In this document: positions 35,057-37,648 of the stretch, piece by piece
Position numbering within the stretch: the first letter of the stretch is position 1
How the letters are laid out: each line of letters begins with the position of its first letter
Assembly (NCBI GenBank): GCA_964500865.1
Contig: CAZCQJ010000004.1
Coordinates: 21,377-59,024 of the forward strand
Direction: 5' to 3'
DNA: 37,648 nucleotides
From: an uncultured Bdellovibrionales bacterium
GTDB taxonomy: Bacteria; Patescibacteriota; Minisyncoccia; Moranbacterales; UBA1568
Notes under the pieces: model-generated
Told to the model about the DNA's origin: nothing
Seen by the model: only the letters and a program-made list of their open reading frames with translations
Database searches by the model: none
Translations under genes and position numbers: made by a program

Positions 35057-35072
35057 TTGTTCAAAAAATTCC

Positions 35073-36149
35073 ATGAAACTTCTTTTTATTTCGCGGGCCT
35101 ACCCACCGGTGGTAGGTGGCATCGAGAATCATAACTACGAGCTCGCGCGGCATTTCCCTCATGTTGCCGAAACGACACTCCTCGTAAATACTCATGGGAA
35201 AAAATTCCTCCCCTTCTTTTTGCCGTATGCCCTGATAAAAACAGTGCTCACTGCAAGGCGTTACGATGCTATTTTATTTGGCGACGGTGTGCTTTCGGTA
35301 ATTGGTTTTTTCGTAAAACTCTTTTCACCCAAAGTTCGGGTTGCTTCGGTTGTCCATGGACTCGATATCACCTACGGCCAAACGCTCTTCATCTATCGTT
35401 TTTTCTGGGTGAATATTTTCCTCCCTTCGCTCGATCAGCTTCTGGCCGTAAGCCAGGAAACGAAAAATATCGCCATTCAAAATGGGCTCGACGAAAAACG
35501 GGTTACTGTTATTCCGAATGGCACCTCTGTAGAGGCTACCCCCGAACGCTACTCACGCCAGGATCTTTTAACGCTCTTAGGGCAACCCGAAAAAGAGCAG
35601 GTATTTCTACTAACCAATGGCCGCCTCGCGAAACGCAAGGGCGCAGCCTGGTTTATTCATAATGTCCTTGGTACCCTGCCGCCAAATATTCACTATATTC
35701 TCTCTGGTGCCGGCCCCGAAGAAGCCAATGTAAAAGCAGCTATTGCTGAGCATGGCCTAGCAGATCGCGTTACGCTCCTGGGGCGAACTTCGGACGAAAC
35801 AAAAAGTCTGCTACTGCATACAGCCGATATCTTTATCCAACCAAACATCGTGGTACCTGGTGACATGGAGGGCTTTGGTATTGCGGTTATCGAAGCAGCT
35901 GCCTGTGCCCGTCCCATCCTCGCAAGTAACATCGAAGGACTCAAGGATGCCCTCGCTAACAGCGCCGTTGGTATTCCGCTGCCGAGTGGCAATACTTCTG
36001 CCTGGCGCGACGCCATTCTTGATCTCGCAAGAGACAGCGAAAAACGGGCACGTCTTGGCGCAGCGGCACAAAAATATACCCGGGAACATTTTTCTTGGGA
36101 CACCATCGTAAAAACCTACGTCGAAACCCTTCAAAAACCGCTTACTTAG
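35073..36149 (+). CDS. glycosyltransferase family 4 (GT-B)
   Basis: Contains MKLLFISRAYPPVVGGIENH and EGFGIAVIEAAACARPILASN. The track ORF 34914.. has an upstream extension that overlaps the previous gene. Confidence 0.85.
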   Translation: MKLLFISRAYPPVVGGIENHNYELARHFPHVAETTLLVNTHGKKFLPFFLPYALIKTVLTARRYDAILFGDGVLSVIGFFVKLFSPKVRVASVVHGLDITYGQTLFIYRFFWVNIFLPSLDQLLAVSQETKNIAIQNGLDEKRVTVIPNGTSVEATPERYSRQDLLTLLGQPEKEQVFLLTNGRLAKRKGAAWFIHNVLGTLPPNIHYILSGAGPEEANVKAAIAEHGLADRVTLLGRTSDETKSLLLHTADIFIQPNIVVPGDMEGFGIAVIEAAACARPILASNIEGLKDALANSAVGIPLPSGNTSAWRDAILDLARDSEKRARLGAAAQKYTREHFSWDTIVKTYVETLQKPLT

Positions 36150-36210
36150 AGCTCAGCAGAAGGATCACTGCGATGCTTATAATCTGTGGTAAAATAGAGG
36201 TATTCATTTT

Positions 36211-37648
36211 ATGACTACCTCTCTTTTTTTCTCATTATTTTTCTTCTTCCTTTCGCTGGGTATTGGATTTTTCCTCCCAGGGTTTTTGGTGTTCAAGGCT
36301 CTTCAAAAAGATGCTGGGTTTCCGGCACTTGTTACTTTCCTTCTCTCCTTTGGGTTAAGTCTTTTCTTTCTCGATGCCAGCCTCCTCTTTTTGGGAAATA
36401 TCCCCGTGGCACTTACTGCCACGAACATCGCTCTTTGGTATGCAGCTCTCTTGTTGCCACTCGCTTTTTTTGTTTGGCGCAAAAACGCTTTTATAAATAC
36501 AGCCCCTTTGAAAGCGCCACGAATACTCGCCTCCAAAAAAGATCTTGCTCTTGCCGCGCTGATTCTTATAACTCTTTTCTTTGTCAAAAGTTTTTACCTG
36601 GCTGGCACCATACTGCCAACAGCTACTGACTTAGGGCATCACCTATACTGGTCACAGGCTATCAGTACTACTCATATACTACCAGAGTATGCTAAGCAGG
36701 ATATTCTGGTTTCATCAGAGAACCACTACTCCCTAGGAGATCCAGAGCCTATAGCTGATTTTATTATTGGCGAACACTTACCACTTGCCTTCCTCCAGAT
36801 ATTTATTGGATTTTCATACACCAGCGCCTTCCCGATACTCTTTCTCTTTTTACTCAACCTCTTGTCAGTACTTGCCCTGGCAGCACTAGCATACACCATA
36901 ACGACGAGTCTCTTAAAAACTTTTCCGGGCACTTCGCTCAAGCCAGGAGCGATTTTCTTGGCAGCTCTCTTTTTATTTGGTATCTTGTTTTCGCTTGCCT
37001 CACCAGAAATGAAATTCGTCAGTGGCGGAGTAATCGGAAATCTCTTTGGGAATCTTTTCATCCCACTTATTCTTCTGTGTCTTCTACGTACCCTTGTCGA
37101 AAAAAATGCATCTCTCCTTGGTATCACCTTTCTACTACTCGCAACACTAGCCTATACACATCATCTTTCGACGTTTATTCTGCTCTATATTTTCGCTGCT
37201 TTTTTTGTGGTAAGTCTTTTCTTTTTGGGTAAAAGCACCCTCGCTACTTACCAGTCCTGGCTCAAACTCCTCTTACGGCCTGCGGCCTTTCTTCCTCTGG
37301 TAGCTATTCTTTTATTCGCTGGCTTCGTAGCGCTCCCTACATACCTCGAAACCCACGCGGTAAGCACTGCTGTTGGAACCCCCACCAAAGGGACACGCAC
37401 CGGACTCACCCTGTCCGAACTCACTGCTTCAAACAGCGCTTTCAAAGTTGGCACAAGTTTCTTTGCGCTACTTTTCATCCTGGTACTTCCGCGGCTTCGT
37501 AAAACTGTTCCTGGCATACTTCTCTTCTCTTATGGTAGCGTCCTTTTGCTTATGGCACTCTTCCCGGCAGCTCTCTATGTCAATATTCCTTCGGCCCGTA
37601 TCGCAAACTACACGAGCTTTCCACTAGGACTCCTCGCACTCTTTGCAG
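36211..37648 (+). CDS. large polytopic integral membrane protein, partial (continues past window end); possibly a GT-C-like glycosyltransferase or polymerase
   Basis: I translated this by hand. The ATG at 36211 is preceded by AGAGG, and the frame is open for 479 codons to the window edge with about 12 or more hydrophobic segments (MTTSLFFSLFFFFLSLGIGFFLPGF...TDLGHHLYW...). It is absent from the track because no stop codon falls inside the window. Track ORFs 36303..36587, 36726..37127 and 37248..37517 are its antisense shadows. Confidence 0.75.
   Translation, partial: MTTSLFFSLFFFFLSLGIGFFLPGFLVFKALQKDAGFPALVTFLLSFGLSLFFLDASLLFLGNIPVALTATNIALWYAALLLPLAFFVWRKNAFINTAPLKAPRILASKKDLALAALILITLFFVKSFYLAGTILPTATDLGHHLYWSQAISTTHILPEYAKQDILVSSENHYSLGDPEPIADFIIGEHLPLAFLQIFIGFSYTSAFPILFLFLLNLLSVLALAALAYTITTSLLKTFPGTSLKPGAIFLAALFLFGILFSLASPEMKFVSGGVIGNLFGNLFIPLILLCLLRTLVEKNASLLGITFLLLATLAYTHHLSTFILLYIFAAFFVVSLFFLGKSTLATYQSWLKLLLRPAAFLPLVAILLFAGFVALPTYLETHAVSTAVGTPTKGTRTGLTLSELTASNSAFKVGTSFFALLFILVLPRLRKTVPGILLFSYGSVLLLMALFPAALYVNIPSARIANYTSFPLGLLALFA

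Noticed and set aside
36303-37517. Three minus-strand track ORFs (36303..36587, 36726..37127, 37248..37517) with Arg/Lys-rich translations.
   Set aside because: They are antisense shadows of the untracked plus-strand membrane-protein ORF that starts at 36211. That ORF is continuous and has coherent TM-helix periodicity.
1-37648. Alternative genetic code with TGA as a sense codon (code 4 or code 25), as found in some CPR lineages.
   Set aside because: All conserved genes are full length under the standard code, with no in-frame TGA. TGA therefore appears to be avoided rather than reassigned in this window; see the stop-codon finding.
1-37648. CRISPR arrays, tRNA or rRNA genes, transposases, integrases and prophage genes.
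   Set aside because: None was found by reading the intergenic regions (7079-7269, 9590-9664, 15295-15520, 22142-22374, 30493-30662). There are no spaced direct repeats and no cloverleaf-compatible GTTCGA/T-loop contexts.

Overview
The window is a densely coding (about 90%) bacterial chromosomal segment. Its gene content and gene sizes look like a small-genome, Patescibacteria/CPR-like organism; this is inference from a truncated AlaRS, short housekeeping proteins, tightly packed mixed-function operons and an LCP-type envelope gene. I found no rRNA, tRNA, CRISPR array, transposase or integrase. Positions 1-22 kb hold mostly minus-strand housekeeping genes: yidD, a corA-like gene, cysS, dnaB, recR, rplU, alaS, ftsA-like, eno, pgk, mraY, a D-Ala-D-Ala carboxypeptidase, scpB, scpA, an MFS transporter and rpmA. 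Positions 22.4-37.6 kb form a cell-envelope glycan locus. It contains an S41 protease, two GT2 and three GT4 glycosyltransferases, an LCP transferase, an O-antigen-ligase-like protein, a nucleotide-sugar dehydrogenase, and a large polytopic membrane protein that is absent from the supplied ORF track because it runs off the window end. The observations most worth follow-up are listed here. (1) Two tandem gene cassettes between cysS and dnaB have promoter/5'UTR and terminator regions that are nearly identical, while their coding sequences have diverged almost beyond recognition. (2) A chain of translationally coupled micro-ORFs below the 60-aa track threshold lies downstream of yidD, and two of them are paralogs that differ mainly by synonymous changes. 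(3) TGA is completely absent as a stop codon in 34 well-supported genes (TAA 21, TAG 13), and no in-frame TGA occurs either. (4) A PfkB sugar kinase is interrupted by a single in-frame TAG. (5) A GC-rich islet encodes a signal-peptide protein that looks like an outer-membrane beta-barrel. (6) An AT-rich gene encodes a HEAT-repeat protein fused to an atypical kinase-like domain that lacks the catalytic Asp. (7) A CorA-family protein carries AMT in place of the GMN signature.
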